A model generated the notes under the pieces. The model did no database searches. It saw only the letters and a program-made list of their open reading frames with translations, and was not told the DNA's origin. From positions 609-64,608 of the forward strand of contig JALOKU010000008.1 in assembly GCA_025456345.1 (NCBI GenBank): 64,000 nucleotides of DNA. The letters run 5' to 3'. The translations under genes and the position numbers were made by a program. The number at the start of each line of letters is the position of its first letter. Positions within the stretch are counted from its first letter, which is position 1. Below, piece after piece: positions 41,013 through 50,936 of the stretch. The stretch comes from Vicinamibacterales bacterium (GTDB taxonomy: Bacteria > Acidobacteriota > Vicinamibacteria > Vicinamibacterales > JAKQTR01).

Positions 41013-44000
41013 ATGCTGCAGACAACCGTGCGCGCGACGCATCGACCCCGGACGTGGCGGCTCCTGGCCTGGTTCCTCACGGCCTTCGTCGTTGTCTGGC
41101 TGGCGGGCCGGGCGTACGAGGTCCGCACGCTCGGGCGGACCGACGAGGCGGGCCGCCGGCTCATCGCCGACGGCGTGAGGCGGGAGTTCACGCGCCTGGT
41201 CGACGCGCTCGACCTGGCCGCCGGCGTGGCGTCCAAGCGGCCCGACCTCATGCTTGGCGCGTCGCGCGACCTGGCGGCGGCGCGCGCATTGTTCGCGTCG
41301 CTCGCCGCGCTGGACGGCTCGCAGGTGGCCGTCACGGTGTACGGCAGCGACGGCTCCCCGCTGGCCTGGTCCGGGCGCCCGTCGGAACTGCCGGGCGCCA
41401 GGCTCACCGGCCCCGCCGCCTTGCTCGTGGCGCCCGGCGCGCCGGGACTGCGGCTCGTCCTGGTGCGGCCGGTCGATGCCACCGAGGGCGCACCACCTCG
41501 CCAGCTCGGCGCGGTTGTGGCGGAAGTCCCCCTCCCGACCAGCCGGTCTCAGTACGGCCTCGGAGCCGAGGCGCTCACGTGGACCGGCGCAGCCGTGACC
41601 GTCGCCCTGCGCCCGGGCTACGAAGGCGGAGGCGCGTTGACGTCGCCCGACGCCTTCGTCCTCACGGACCTGGCAGGTCGCTCACTGCTCGAGGGCCGGG
41701 TGCGCCTCGAGGATGTCGCCTCAGCCAGGCTCGCCGTTCGACAGCACACCTCCGCCGCGCTCTTCGGGCTGGCGGCGCTGTTCATCGCCTGGCTCGCCGT
41801 GCCCCTGATCGCGTGGCGGCGCAGAGCCCGGACGCCCTGGGCCCTGCTCGGCCGCACGGCCGTCCTGGCCGCGCTCATCGCCGGCGCCCGGGCCGTCGCG
41901 TGGGCCGCCGTGCCGCGTGCCGGCGCGATCGCTCCGCTCGGAGGCCCGGGGCCTGCCGCAGCTCCGGCGTGGCTGTGGATGCGCTCCCCCGCTGATTTCC
42001 TCCTCACGGCGGCAGCCTGCCTCGCCATCGTCATCCTGGCAAGTGACGTCGTGACCCGCCTGAGAGTCGGCCTGCGGCGCACGAGGCGCTCGCCCTCGGC
42101 AACGTGGGCGGGCCGCATCACGTTCTTCCTGGCGCATCTGGCGGCCGGCATGTCCGCCACGGCGGTGCTGGCCTCGTATCTCCGACTCGGCAGCGTGCTG
42201 TCGGGGATGACCAGCATCGACTGGCTGCGCTTCTCGCTGCATCCGTGGGACGGCGCCCAGCTGGCCGTCGCTGCCGGGCTGGTCTGCATGCACGCTGCGG
42301 CCGTCTGGGGTGCGGTCACCATCCTGCGATTCGCGGCAGCCTGGTGGCGGGTCCGGGCCGCGGGTGCCGAGCAGTTTGGCGCGCTCCTGGCCTGGGCGCT
42401 GCCCGTCGCGCTGTGGGTGGCGGTGCCCGGCGCATTGGGCGCCCCGTACCCCAGCCGGGTGCTGCTGCCGCCCGCCATGCTGGCGGTCGCGCTGGCATGG
42501 GGATCGGCGAGGCTGCTTCGCTGGCGCCGCCGCTGGTCGCAAGCCGCGTCGATCGTGGCGATGTTCCTCGCCCTGGCCCTGCCCGCGGTGGCGTTCTACC
42601 CGGCAGCCGTGGCCCAGGCCGACACGTCGAAACGCCTGGCGGTCGAGACGCGGCTGGCGCCCCAGGCCATCCAGCAGCGCGACCAGGTCCAGGCACGGGT
42701 CAGGCGCGCGATGACGCAGGTGGACGCCGTGCCGGGCCTCATCGACCTGGTTCGTTCCCAGGCGCCGCCGGTCGCCGGGCAGGTCCCGACGGAGTACGCC
42801 TTCCTCGTCTGGTCTCAGACGGATCTCGCGGCGTACCGGCTGACGTCGGCAATCGAGTTGTACGGCGAAGACGGCGCCATCACCAGCCGCTTCGCGCTGA
42901 ACCTGCCCGAGTACACGCAGGCGCAGCAGCGATGGCAGGAAGACGGGTGCGGGTGGGAAGTGTTCGAGGAGGTGTCGCCGTTCGGGTCAGAGGAGCGGCG
43001 GCTGCTGCACGCCGGCCGCGGGCTCTGCGTCGAGGAGGACGGCCGGACGCGCGTGGTCGGCACCGTCGTGATCCATGCGATGCTCGACTACGGCTCTCTG
43101 CCCTTCATCACGTCGCAGAACCCGTACGTCGAGCTCTTCCGGACCCCGTTGTCGTTCGATGACGGGGGCTCCCTGGGCCGGGACGTCGGCTTCGTCGTGT
43201 ATGGCTGGAGCCTCCGGCCCATCTACGCGTCGACGCTGGCGACGTGGACGATCGACGCCGCCACGTTCCGGCGCGCCTACGCCTCGCGCACCCCGTTCTG
43301 GACGCGGCAGGACGGCGGAGGGCGCCGCGACCACGTGTACCTGGCCAACGATCGCGGCGGCATCTACGCCCTCGGCTACCCGGCCACGACCGTGGTCGGC
43401 CACCTGGTGTCGCTTGCCGAACTGGTCACGCTCGCCGGCGCGGTCTTCGTCCTCCTGATGCTGTTGCGATCGGCGGGCATGGCCGCCGCAGGCGTGGGGG
43501 GCGAGCGCGGGCGCGATCTGCTCCACGAGATCCGCGCCAGCTTCTACCGGAAGCTCTTCCTCGCTTTCGTGGCGGTGGCGGTGATTCCCGTGCTGACGCT
43601 CGCCTTCGTGGCCCGGGCGTACATGATGGACCGGATGCGCGCCGACGTCGAAGAGTCCGCGATCCGCACGACGAAGGTCGCCCAGCGGTTCATCGAGGAC
43701 TCCAGCCGCATCCAGGAGCGCGGCGAAGGCACGGCGCTCTCGCTGACTGACGATGCGATTGTCGGGATCTCGCGCGTGATCGACCAGGACGTCAACGTGT
43801 ACGACGGCGCGCGCCTGGTGGCCACCAGCAAGCGCGATCTGTTCGCGTCGGGCCTGCTGCCGACGCGAACCAACGCCGATGTGTACCGGGCCATCGTCCT
43901 GGATCGGCGCGCGACGTTTCTGGGAGAGGAGCGGTCGGGACCGTTCCCGTACATGGTGGCGGCCGCGCCCCTGAAGATCGCGGGCCTCGATGGGCTCATC

Positions 44001-45002
44001 ACGGTGCCGATGACGCTCCGGCAGCGCGCCATCGACCGCGAGATTGACAGCCTGAACCGGCGGATCCTGCTCGGCGTCCTCGCGTTCATCCTGATCGGGT
44101 CGGCGCTCGGGTACTGGATGGCCGAGCGCATCGCCGATCCGGTGAATCGACTGCAGCGCGCCACGGCCCGGCTCGCGCGCGGCGACCTCGACGCCAGGGT
44201 CGCCGTCACCTCGTCCGACGAACTCCGCCGGCTCGTGGAGGCGTTCAACAGCATGGCCGCCGAGCTGCAGCGCCAGCAGGGCGCGCTCGAACGCACGCAC
44301 CGCCTCGAGGCGTGGGCCGACATGGCGCGGCAGGTGGCGCACGAGATCAAGAACCCGCTCACGCCGGTGCAGCTGTCGGCGGAGCACCTGCGCCGCGTCC
44401 ACGCCGATCGCGGCAACCCGCTGTCGCCGGTGCTCGAGGAGTGCGTCGACACGATTCTGGGGCAGGTCCGCCTGCTCCGCCAGATCGCCGCCGAGTTCTC
44501 GAGTTTCGCCTCCGCCCCGGCGCCGAGGCCCGTGGCGGCGAGCCCGGCCGAGTTGGTGGCCGAGGTTGTGGAACCCTATCGCGCCGGGTTGCCCGCCGGG
44601 GTGGCGCTGACGGTCGACGTCCCTGCGGACCTGCCGGACTTCAGCGTCGACCGCAGCCTGGTGGGCCGTGCCCTCACCAACATGATCGAGAACGCGCTGC
44701 ACGCGATGCCCCGCGGCGGCGCGCTGCATTTCGGGGCGCGGCTCTCAGCCGACGGAAGCGCCATCCAGATCCAGATCCGGGACAGCGGCGTCGGCATGGA
44801 TCGCGCCGCCCTGGAACGGATTTTCGAGCCGTACTTCTCGACCAAGGCCGTCGGCACCGGCCTGGGCCTCACCATCGCCAAGCGGAACGTCGAGCTCCAC
44901 GGCGGCACGATTTCCGTGGAGAGCGCGCCGGGACGAGGGACCACCGTGCACGTGGAGATTCCCCGGGCCGGCGCCGCCCGGCCTCCGCTGTCGTCAGGCT
45001 GA
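41013..45002 (+). CDS. Large multi-TM HAMP-domain sensor histidine kinase (NtrY-like core)
   Basis: HAMP (PVNRLQRAT..GDL..DELRRL..FNSM), H-box AHEIKNPLTP, NMIENA, DSGVG, FEPYFSTK, GTGLGL. Start could also be GTG 41028 or 40965. Confidence 0.9.
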   Translation: MLQTTVRATHRPRTWRLLAWFLTAFVVVWLAGRAYEVRTLGRTDEAGRRLIADGVRREFTRLVDALDLAAGVASKRPDLMLGASRDLAAARALFASLAALDGSQVAVTVYGSDGSPLAWSGRPSELPGARLTGPAALLVAPGAPGLRLVLVRPVDATEGAPPRQLGAVVAEVPLPTSRSQYGLGAEALTWTGAAVTVALRPGYEGGGALTSPDAFVLTDLAGRSLLEGRVRLEDVASARLAVRQHTSAALFGLAALFIAWLAVPLIAWRRRARTPWALLGRTAVLAALIAGARAVAWAAVPRAGAIAPLGGPGPAAAPAWLWMRSPADFLLTAAACLAIVILASDVVTRLRVGLRRTRRSPSATWAGRITFFLAHLAAGMSATAVLASYLRLGSVLSGMTSIDWLRFSLHPWDGAQLAVAAGLVCMHAAAVWGAVTILRFAAAWWRVRAAGAEQFGALLAWALPVALWVAVPGALGAPYPSRVLLPPAMLAVALAWGSARLLRWRRRWSQAASIVAMFLALALPAVAFYPAAVAQADTSKRLAVETRLAPQAIQQRDQVQARVRRAMTQVDAVPGLIDLVRSQAPPVAGQVPTEYAFLVWSQTDLAAYRLTSAIELYGEDGAITSRFALNLPEYTQAQQRWQEDGCGWEVFEEVSPFGSEERRLLHAGRGLCVEEDGRTRVVGTVVIHAMLDYGSLPFITSQNPYVELFRTPLSFDDGGSLGRDVGFVVYGWSLRPIYASTLATWTIDAATFRRAYASRTPFWTRQDGGGRRDHVYLANDRGGIYALGYPATTVVGHLVSLAELVTLAGAVFVLLMLLRSAGMAAAGVGGERGRDLLHEIRASFYRKLFLAFVAVAVIPVLTLAFVARAYMMDRMRADVEESAIRTTKVAQRFIEDSSRIQERGEGTALSLTDDAIVGISRVIDQDVNVYDGARLVATSKRDLFASGLLPTRTNADVYRAIVLDRRATFLGEERSGPFPYMVAAAPLKIAGLDGLITVPMTLRQRAIDREIDSLNRRILLGVLAFILIGSALGYWMAERIADPVNRLQRATARLARGDLDARVAVTSSDELRRLVEAFNSMAAELQRQQGALERTHRLEAWADMARQVAHEIKNPLTPVQLSAEHLRRVHADRGNPLSPVLEECVDTILGQVRLLRQIAAEFSSFASAPAPRPVAASPAELVAEVVEPYRAGLPAGVALTVDVPADLPDFSVDRSLVGRALTNMIENALHAMPRGGALHFGARLSADGSAIQIQIRDSGVGMDRAALERIFEPYFSTKAVGTGLGLTIAKRNVELHGGTISVESAPGRGTTVHVEIPRAGAARPPLSSG

Positions 45003-45815
45003 GGGCGGCAGCGTCCCCCGCCGCCGGAACCGCGCCCAGACCGCGCCCCCGATCCCCCCCAGCATGTAGAGGTACGAGAGCGCCAGCAGGACGATGTTCG
45101 GGTGAAGCTGGATGACCGCGATGATGAGCGCCACCAGCGCGAGCACCTTGTAGGAGCGCCGCTGCTGCGTGTCGATCTTCTTGAAACTGCTGAATCGGAT
45201 GGTGCTCACCATCAGGAGCGCGGGCACCACCATGACGGCGAGGGCAACCAGCGCCCATCTCGGATCCTGGATCCCCTCGGGGTAGAAGAACACCGTCGAG
45301 GCGGGCACGGCGGCCGCGGCCGGGCTGGGCATCCCGACGAAGTGGCGCTTGTCGGTGGGCGTGACGCTCTGGATGTTGAACCGCGCCAGGCGCAGCGCGG
45401 CCGCGCTGAGGTAGATGAAGCCGACCGCCCAGCCGAGCCGCTGCAACGGCTGGAGCCCCCACATGAACGTCAGCACCGCCGGCGCGATCCCGAACGAGAT
45501 GACGTCGGCCATCGAATCGAATTCCACGCCGAACGCGGTGGCCGTCCCGGTCATTCTCGCGATGCGGCCGTCGAGCATGTCCAGGACGACGGCGACGCCG
45601 ATGAGCGGCGCGGCCACGGCGAACTCGCCGCGGATCGCATAGAGCACGCACAGGTAGCCGCAGAACATGTTGCCCATCGTGAAGAGGCTGGGCAACAGGT
45701 AGACGCCGCGTCGCAGTCTCGGCCGGCGTTCGGCCCGCCATCGGCCGAAGTTCAGCGGGTCGAACTCGTCGCCGCCGTCGCCGTCCCGCCGCGCATCGCG
45801 ATCCGTTTTCACCAT
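44994..45815 (-). CDS. pssA: CDP-diacylglycerol--serine O-phosphatidyltransferase
   Basis: LPSLFT, DMLDGRIAR..FG.EFDSMADVISFG, LRLARFN, F.GMPSP; coupled to psd. Confidence 0.94.
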   Translation of the reverse strand: MVKTDRDARRDGDGGDEFDPLNFGRWRAERRPRLRRGVYLLPSLFTMGNMFCGYLCVLYAIRGEFAVAAPLIGVAVVLDMLDGRIARMTGTATAFGVEFDSMADVISFGIAPAVLTFMWGLQPLQRLGWAVGFIYLSAAALRLARFNIQSVTPTDKRHFVGMPSPAAAAVPASTVFFYPEGIQDPRWALVALAVMVVPALLMVSTIRFSSFKKIDTQQRRSYKVLALVALIIAVIQLHPNIVLLALSYLYMLGGIGGAVWARFRRRGTLPPSA

Positions 45816-46429
45816 GTCGCCACCACCGTTTCGCCGCCTCGGACCCTGTCGCCCCGTGCCACGCGCAGCGTCACGTGCGGGGGGAGATACAGGTCGATCC
45901 GCGATCCGAATTTCATCAGGCCGTACCGGTCGCCGGTGCGCACGACGGCCCCCGGGGCCACCCGGCAGACCAGCCGTCTGGCGAGCACCCCGACGACCTG
46001 GCGGCACATGACCGTGCCGCCGTCGCGTTCGATCCAGACGTCGTTGCGCTCGTTCACGCGGGCCGACTCAGGCCGGTAGGCCGCGAGGAAGCGGCCGGGC
46101 GTGTACTCCACGCGCGTAACGCGCCCGCCGATGGGGATGCGATTGATGTGCACGTCGAGGGGCGAGAGGAAGATGCTGATCTGTTTCCAGGCGCCGGGCG
46201 GCGCGGACCCGGGTTCGGCCTCCCCGGCGATGAGCACCCGGCCATCCGCGGGCGACACGACGGCGTCGGGCTGGTCCGGGACGGTCCGCTCGGGATCGCG
46301 GAAGAAGTACACCATGAAGAGCGCGACGATGCCGAACAGGACCGCCAGCCAGGGCAGAACCGCGGCGAGCACCACCGCGGGTATGAGCGCCCCGTGCACG
46401 AACGGCCAGCCGGCCCGATCGATCGTCAT
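45809..46429 (-). CDS. psd: Phosphatidylserine decarboxylase proenzyme
   Basis: FFRDPER, SPADG, IFLSPLDVHINR, KFGSR autocleavage motif. Confidence 0.94.
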   Translation of the reverse strand: MTIDRAGWPFVHGALIPAVVLAAVLPWLAVLFGIVALFMVYFFRDPERTVPDQPDAVVSPADGRVLIAGEAEPGSAPPGAWKQISIFLSPLDVHINRIPIGGRVTRVEYTPGRFLAAYRPESARVNERNDVWIERDGGTVMCRQVVGVLARRLVCRVAPGAVVRTGDRYGLMKFGSRIDLYLPPHVTLRVARGDRVRGGETVVATW

Positions 46430-46563
46430 AGGGTGCCCATTGTACTTCGACGGCTCAGCCCGGGTGCCGGCGGGCCCGGAAACGCCAACAGCCAGCGCCC
46501 GCCATCGGGGCCGCTGGCTGCTGGATCTGCGCGCGCGGGCGGGCCCCGCGCCGAAAACCCGGT

Positions 46564-46800
46564 CTACGCGGTTCGCCTCGTTTCGTCAAAACGCCGCACG
46601 ATGTCTTCCATCCGGTCCTTGAGCTGGAGCTTCCGCTTCTTGATCGTCGCCTGTTCCAGGTGTTCGGGTTCGGTGAGGTGGGCCTTGTCGGCGAGTTCCA
46701 CGAGACGCTGTTCGAGTTCCTTGTGCCTGGCGGCCAGTTGCCGGAACTCATCGTCGGTCTGGAGAAGCATGGAACGGTGATCCTGCACGTTGACGGTCAT
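46564..46800 (-). CDS. DUF465 (YdcH-like) small coiled-coil protein
   Basis: FRQL...H..L...L and KKRKLQLKD motif; AAGGAGG RBS. Confidence 0.85.
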   Translation of the reverse strand: MTVNVQDHRSMLLQTDDEFRQLAARHKELEQRLVELADKAHLTEPEHLEQATIKKRKLQLKDRMEDIVRRFDETRRTA

Positions 46801-46922
46801 GCTTTCCGCCTCCTTGTATCGGGGCTCTCGAGAAGCGCGTGAGTGAGCCTGTGAAGAAGCATGAAGAACCTTGCGGCCCGAGGGCGGCCGCAGGAGTCAC
46901 AGTCGATCCGTTTCCTACGCGA

Positions 46923-46951
46923 ACGGTAGCACAAGGGTCCCGCCGATTCAA
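46923..46951 (-). promoter_or_regulatory. Sigma70-type promoter for the DUF465 gene
   Basis: Minus strand TTGAAT-17 bp-TACCGT with TG extension. Confidence 0.5.
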
Positions 46952-47430
46952 GCGGCCGGATCCTCTCCAAGATTCCGGACATCTCTTGCCAGCACCAGGG
47001 CGTCTTCCTCGGGGTGGCTGTAGTAGCGACGCCGCTCGCCGACCTGCACGAACCCGAGGCTGAGATAGAGGCGTTGCGCCGCCAGGTTCGACCGCCTCAC
47101 CTCGAGCAGCGCCGTCAGCGCGCCGGCCGCCCGGCCATGCTCGAGGGCGTGTTCCACGAGGGCCCGGCCGAACCCGCTCCGCCGATGCTCCGGCCTGACG
47201 GCGACGTTGTTGATCTGCACCTCGCCGGCGACGAGGCGGTAGGCGCAGTAGCCGGCCAGCGGCGTGGCGCCCGTGCGCAGGACGATGATGAAGGCGGTCC
47301 CGGCGTGCCGGAACTCCTCCTCGTACATCGCCCGCGTCCACGGCGACGGAAAGCTGAGGCGGTCGACCTCCTGAATGGCGTCGAGATCCGCCGGCCCGCC
47401 GGCCACGTCGATGCGGTAAGGTTCGATCAC
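46948..47430 (-). CDS. rimI: Ribosomal protein S18 alanine N-acetyltransferase
   Basis: SFPSPW, INNVAV.P..RRSGFG, LEVRRSN, RRRYY..P.EDA; GTG 47430 overlaps the tsaB stop. Confidence 0.92.
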   Translation of the reverse strand: MIEPYRIDVAGGPADLDAIQEVDRLSFPSPWTRAMYEEEFRHAGTAFIIVLRTGATPLAGYCAYRLVAGEVQINNVAVRPEHRRSGFGRALVEHALEHGRAAGALTALLEVRRSNLAAQRLYLSLGFVQVGERRRYYSHPEEDALVLARDVRNLGEDPAA

Positions 47431-48158
47431 GGGTGCTCCCGCCGGCGATCGCGCGCCAGCTCCGCGTCGGGCCGGCGCACGTAGAGCGGCCGGATCGCGT
47501 GAGGCAGGATGCTCTCCCCGGCCCGGGCCCGCCGTTCGGCGACCAGGGCCATCGTGGCGGCGAGCGGAGGCGGCTCTATCACGGGCACCGGCGAGCCGGC
47601 CGTCTCGGAGAGCAGGTGGCGGTACCTGGCCGCGCCATCCCCGGCCACGGGACACCACGCCGTGCGAAGCAACTGGTGCCATCGGCCGGCGGTCGTGGCC
47701 GGGTCGCCCACCGCGGGCCCCTCGATGGTGTCGAGGCTCGCGTCCGGGCCGGCGCCGGTCACCGCGTAGAGCGCCGAGAACACTTCGTCGCGCTGGGCAT
47801 CCATCCAGACGCCGAGGCGCGTGTCGGTCCCGAGGCCCCCGGCCGCCGATACCGCCAGCGCGAGCGCCTCCAGCGCCGACACCCCGACCACGGGCCGGCC
47901 CGCGGCGAACGCGCACCCCTGGATGGCGGCGATGCCGATGCGCAGGCCGGTGAAGGACCCGGGGCCAATCGCCACCGCAAACACGTCGACATCGCGCAGG
48001 GTGGCCCCCGCCCGCCCGAGAGACCGCACGAGGTCGGCAGGCACGCGCTCCGCGTGCGGCCGGTCTGGGTCCCCCGCCAGCAGGTCCAGCACGCGGCCGT
48101 CCTTCGCCACCGCCACACTCCCCGCCCGGGTCGTGGTGTCGAGCGCCAGCACGAGCAT
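47427..48158 (-). CDS. tsaB: tRNA threonylcarbamoyladenosine biosynthesis protein TsaB
   Basis: LALDT, GPGSFTGLRIG, DAQRDEVF, PLYVR.PDAE. Confidence 0.94.
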   Translation of the reverse strand: MLVLALDTTTRAGSVAVAKDGRVLDLLAGDPDRPHAERVPADLVRSLGRAGATLRDVDVFAVAIGPGSFTGLRIGIAAIQGCAFAAGRPVVGVSALEALALAVSAAGGLGTDTRLGVWMDAQRDEVFSALYAVTGAGPDASLDTIEGPAVGDPATTAGRWHQLLRTAWCPVAGDGAARYRHLLSETAGSPVPVIEPPPLAATMALVAERRARAGESILPHAIRPLYVRRPDAELARDRRREHP

Positions 48159-48205
48159 GCTGAGATTGTGCCCCAGAGCGGTGGGGTGATGCTATATTCC
48201 GAATC

Positions 48206-50923
48206 GTGTCTCCCTCCGATCGATCCGCCTCGCCGAAGGCCGTCGCGAACGCCACGCCGGCGATGCGCCAGTATCTCGAGGCGAAACGCCAGTATCGCGA
48301 CGCCATCGTCTTCTTCCGGATGGGCGACTTCTACGAGATGTTCTACGAGGACGCGCTGGTGGCCTCGCGCGCCCTCGATCTGACCCTCACCTCGCGCAGC
48401 AAGGACGCCGACGGCGGGAGCATTCCGATGTGCGGCCTGCCCTACCACGCCGCGGAGGCCTACCTCACCCGCCTGGTCAAGAAGGGCTTCCGGGTGGCGA
48501 TCTGCGAGCAGGTGGAAGACCCGCGCAAGGCCACGGGGCTGGTGAAACGCGAAGTGGTGCGCGTGGTCAGCCCCGGCACGTTTACGGAGGGCGGGTATCT
48601 CGACGCGCGCGAGCCGGCCTTCCTGATGGCGGTGGCACCTGTCGGCTGGTTCGCCGACGTCGACGACGCTCCGGCGGCCGGGCGATCGCGATCGCCGCAG
48701 GCGGCCCAGGCGTCGGCCTCCATCGGCGTGGCGCTGCTCGATCTGTCGACGGGTGAGTTCATGGCGGCCGAGTACCCGGGGCGCGACGGGCTTCAGGCGC
48801 TGCGCGACGAGCTGTCTGTCCTCCGGCCGCGCGAGATCCTCGTGCCCGCCGACATCCCCCTCGACCGGCTGCTGCCGGCGCCGTCGAGGGGCACCGCCAG
48901 CGTCACGCCCGTGGACCCGTGGGCCTTCGACGCCGACAGCGCCCGCCGGGCCCTGCTGGCGCAGTTTCGCACGCACTCGCTCGACGGTTTCGGCCTCGAA
49001 GGCCATCCGGCGCCGGTCGGGGCGGCAGGCGCGCTGGTCCACTACCTGAAGGACACCCAGAAGACGGACCTGACCCACCTGCGCGGCGTGGTGTTCAAGG
49101 AGCACGCCGACCGGCTGATTGTCGATCCCCTCACGCTGAAGCACCTCGAGATTGTCGAGGCGATGGACGGCGGGCGCGCGGGCTCACTGCTCAACGAGCT
49201 CGATCGCACGATGACGCCCATGGGGGCGCGCCTCCTGCGCACCTGGCTCATCCGCCCGCTCCTCTCGCTCGAGCGCATCCGCGACCGCCTCGACGCGGTC
49301 GAGGACTTCGCGTTCCGCACGACTGAGCGCGGCAGATTCCGCGACGCGCTGCGGACGATGCACGACATCGAGCGCCTGGTGGCCAGGACCGCGCTTGGCA
49401 CCGCCGGGCCGCGCGACCTGGTGGCGCTGCGCACATCGCTGGCGGCCGTGCCCCGCCTCCGCCAGCTGCTCTCGGGGTTCCAGGCGCCGTTTGTGTCGAG
49501 CCTCGCCTCCGAGTTGGACGAGGTGGCGGAGGTGAGGGACGCCATCGGGCAGACGCTCATCGACGAGCCGCCGGCGCTCTCGCGCGACGGCGGCTACGTC
49601 CGCGACGGCGTCGACCCGGAACTGGACGACCTGCGGAGGATCTCGACGTCGGGCAAGCAGGTGATTGCCGAACTCGAGGAGCAGGAGCGCGCCCGTACCG
49701 GCATCGCGTCGCTGAAGGTGCGCTACAACCGCGTCTTCGGGTACTACATCGAGGTCTCGAAGTCGAACCTGCACGCGGTGCCCCCCGACTACCACCGCAA
49801 GCAGACCATTGCGGGCGGCGAGCGGTTCGTGACGCCCGCGCTCAAGGCGCACGAGGAGCGCGTGCTCGGCGCCGACGAGCGGATCCTCGAACGGGAGATC
49901 GAGATGTTCGAGGCGCTGCGCGCGGCGGTGGCCGCCGAGGCGCCGCGCCTCCAGGACACCGCCCGGGCCGCCGCCACCCTCGACGTGCTCGCGGCGCTCG
50001 CCGAGGCCGCCGCGCAGCACAACTACGTCAAGCCGAACGTCCACGACGGCGACGAGTTGACCATCCTCGACGGGCGGCACCCGGTCGTCGAGCGCTACAG
50101 CCCCGACCCGTTCGTGCCCAACGACACGCAGCTGGACGGCAAGGATCGCCAGCTGGTGATCCTGACCGGTCCCAACATGGGCGGAAAGTCCACGTACCTT
50201 CGCCAGGTGGCGCTCATCGGCATCATGGCGCAGGCCGGGTCCTTCGTCCCGGCGCGCGACGCGAAGCTGGCGATCCTGGACCGCGTCTTCGCGCGGGTCG
50301 GGGCGTCGGACAACATCGCCCGCGGCCAGTCCACGTTCATGGTGGAAATGCAGGAGACCGCCAATATCCTGCACTCCGCCACGTCCCGCAGCCTCGTGAT
50401 CCTCGACGAGATCGGGCGCGGCACGTCGACGTTCGACGGGCTCAGCATCGCGTGGGCGGTCGCCGAACACCTGGCCACGAACGCGCGCGCACGGCCGAAG
50501 TCCCTCTTCGCCACGCACTATCACGAGTTGACCGAACTCGCCGACACGCTGCCGGGCGTCGTCAATGCACACGTCGCCGCGCGGGAGTGGCACGACGACA
50601 TCGTGTTTCTCCGCAAGGTGGTGGCCGGGCGATCGGACCGCAGCTACGGCATCCAGGTGGCGCGGCTCGCCGGCCTGCCGCCGGCGGTGATCGGCCGCGC
50701 GCGATCGATCCTCGACGCCCTCGAACAGGATGCGCTGGCCCGCGGAGGGCGCCCGGCGATTGCGACCACCGGATCCGACGCGCGTCAGCAGCTGGCCCTC
50801 TTCGAATCCGCCACGCCCGCCGACGCCATCGCGCGGCGGCTCAAAGATGTCGACCTCAACCGGCTGACCCCGCTCGAGGCCCTGGCCTTGCTGGCCGACC
50901 TGCAGCGGGAGGTCGGCGGATAG
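48206..50923 (+). CDS. mutS: DNA mismatch repair protein MutS
   Basis: TPAMRQY, FFRMGDFYEMF, TGPNMGGKSTY, STFMVEM, DEIGRGT, SYGIQVA. Confidence 0.98.
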   Translation: MSPSDRSASPKAVANATPAMRQYLEAKRQYRDAIVFFRMGDFYEMFYEDALVASRALDLTLTSRSKDADGGSIPMCGLPYHAAEAYLTRLVKKGFRVAICEQVEDPRKATGLVKREVVRVVSPGTFTEGGYLDAREPAFLMAVAPVGWFADVDDAPAAGRSRSPQAAQASASIGVALLDLSTGEFMAAEYPGRDGLQALRDELSVLRPREILVPADIPLDRLLPAPSRGTASVTPVDPWAFDADSARRALLAQFRTHSLDGFGLEGHPAPVGAAGALVHYLKDTQKTDLTHLRGVVFKEHADRLIVDPLTLKHLEIVEAMDGGRAGSLLNELDRTMTPMGARLLRTWLIRPLLSLERIRDRLDAVEDFAFRTTERGRFRDALRTMHDIERLVARTALGTAGPRDLVALRTSLAAVPRLRQLLSGFQAPFVSSLASELDEVAEVRDAIGQTLIDEPPALSRDGGYVRDGVDPELDDLRRISTSGKQVIAELEEQERARTGIASLKVRYNRVFGYYIEVSKSNLHAVPPDYHRKQTIAGGERFVTPALKAHEERVLGADERILEREIEMFEALRAAVAAEAPRLQDTARAAATLDVLAALAEAAAQHNYVKPNVHDGDELTILDGRHPVVERYSPDPFVPNDTQLDGKDRQLVILTGPNMGGKSTYLRQVALIGIMAQAGSFVPARDAKLAILDRVFARVGASDNIARGQSTFMVEMQETANILHSATSRSLVILDEIGRGTSTFDGLSIAWAVAEHLATNARARPKSLFATHYHELTELADTLPGVVNAHVAAREWHDDIVFLRKVVAGRSDRSYGIQVARLAGLPPAVIGRARSILDALEQDALARGGRPAIATTGSDARQQLALFESATPADAIARRLKDVDLNRLTPLEALALLADLQREVGG

Positions 50924-50936
50924 TCCCCGTGCCGTC

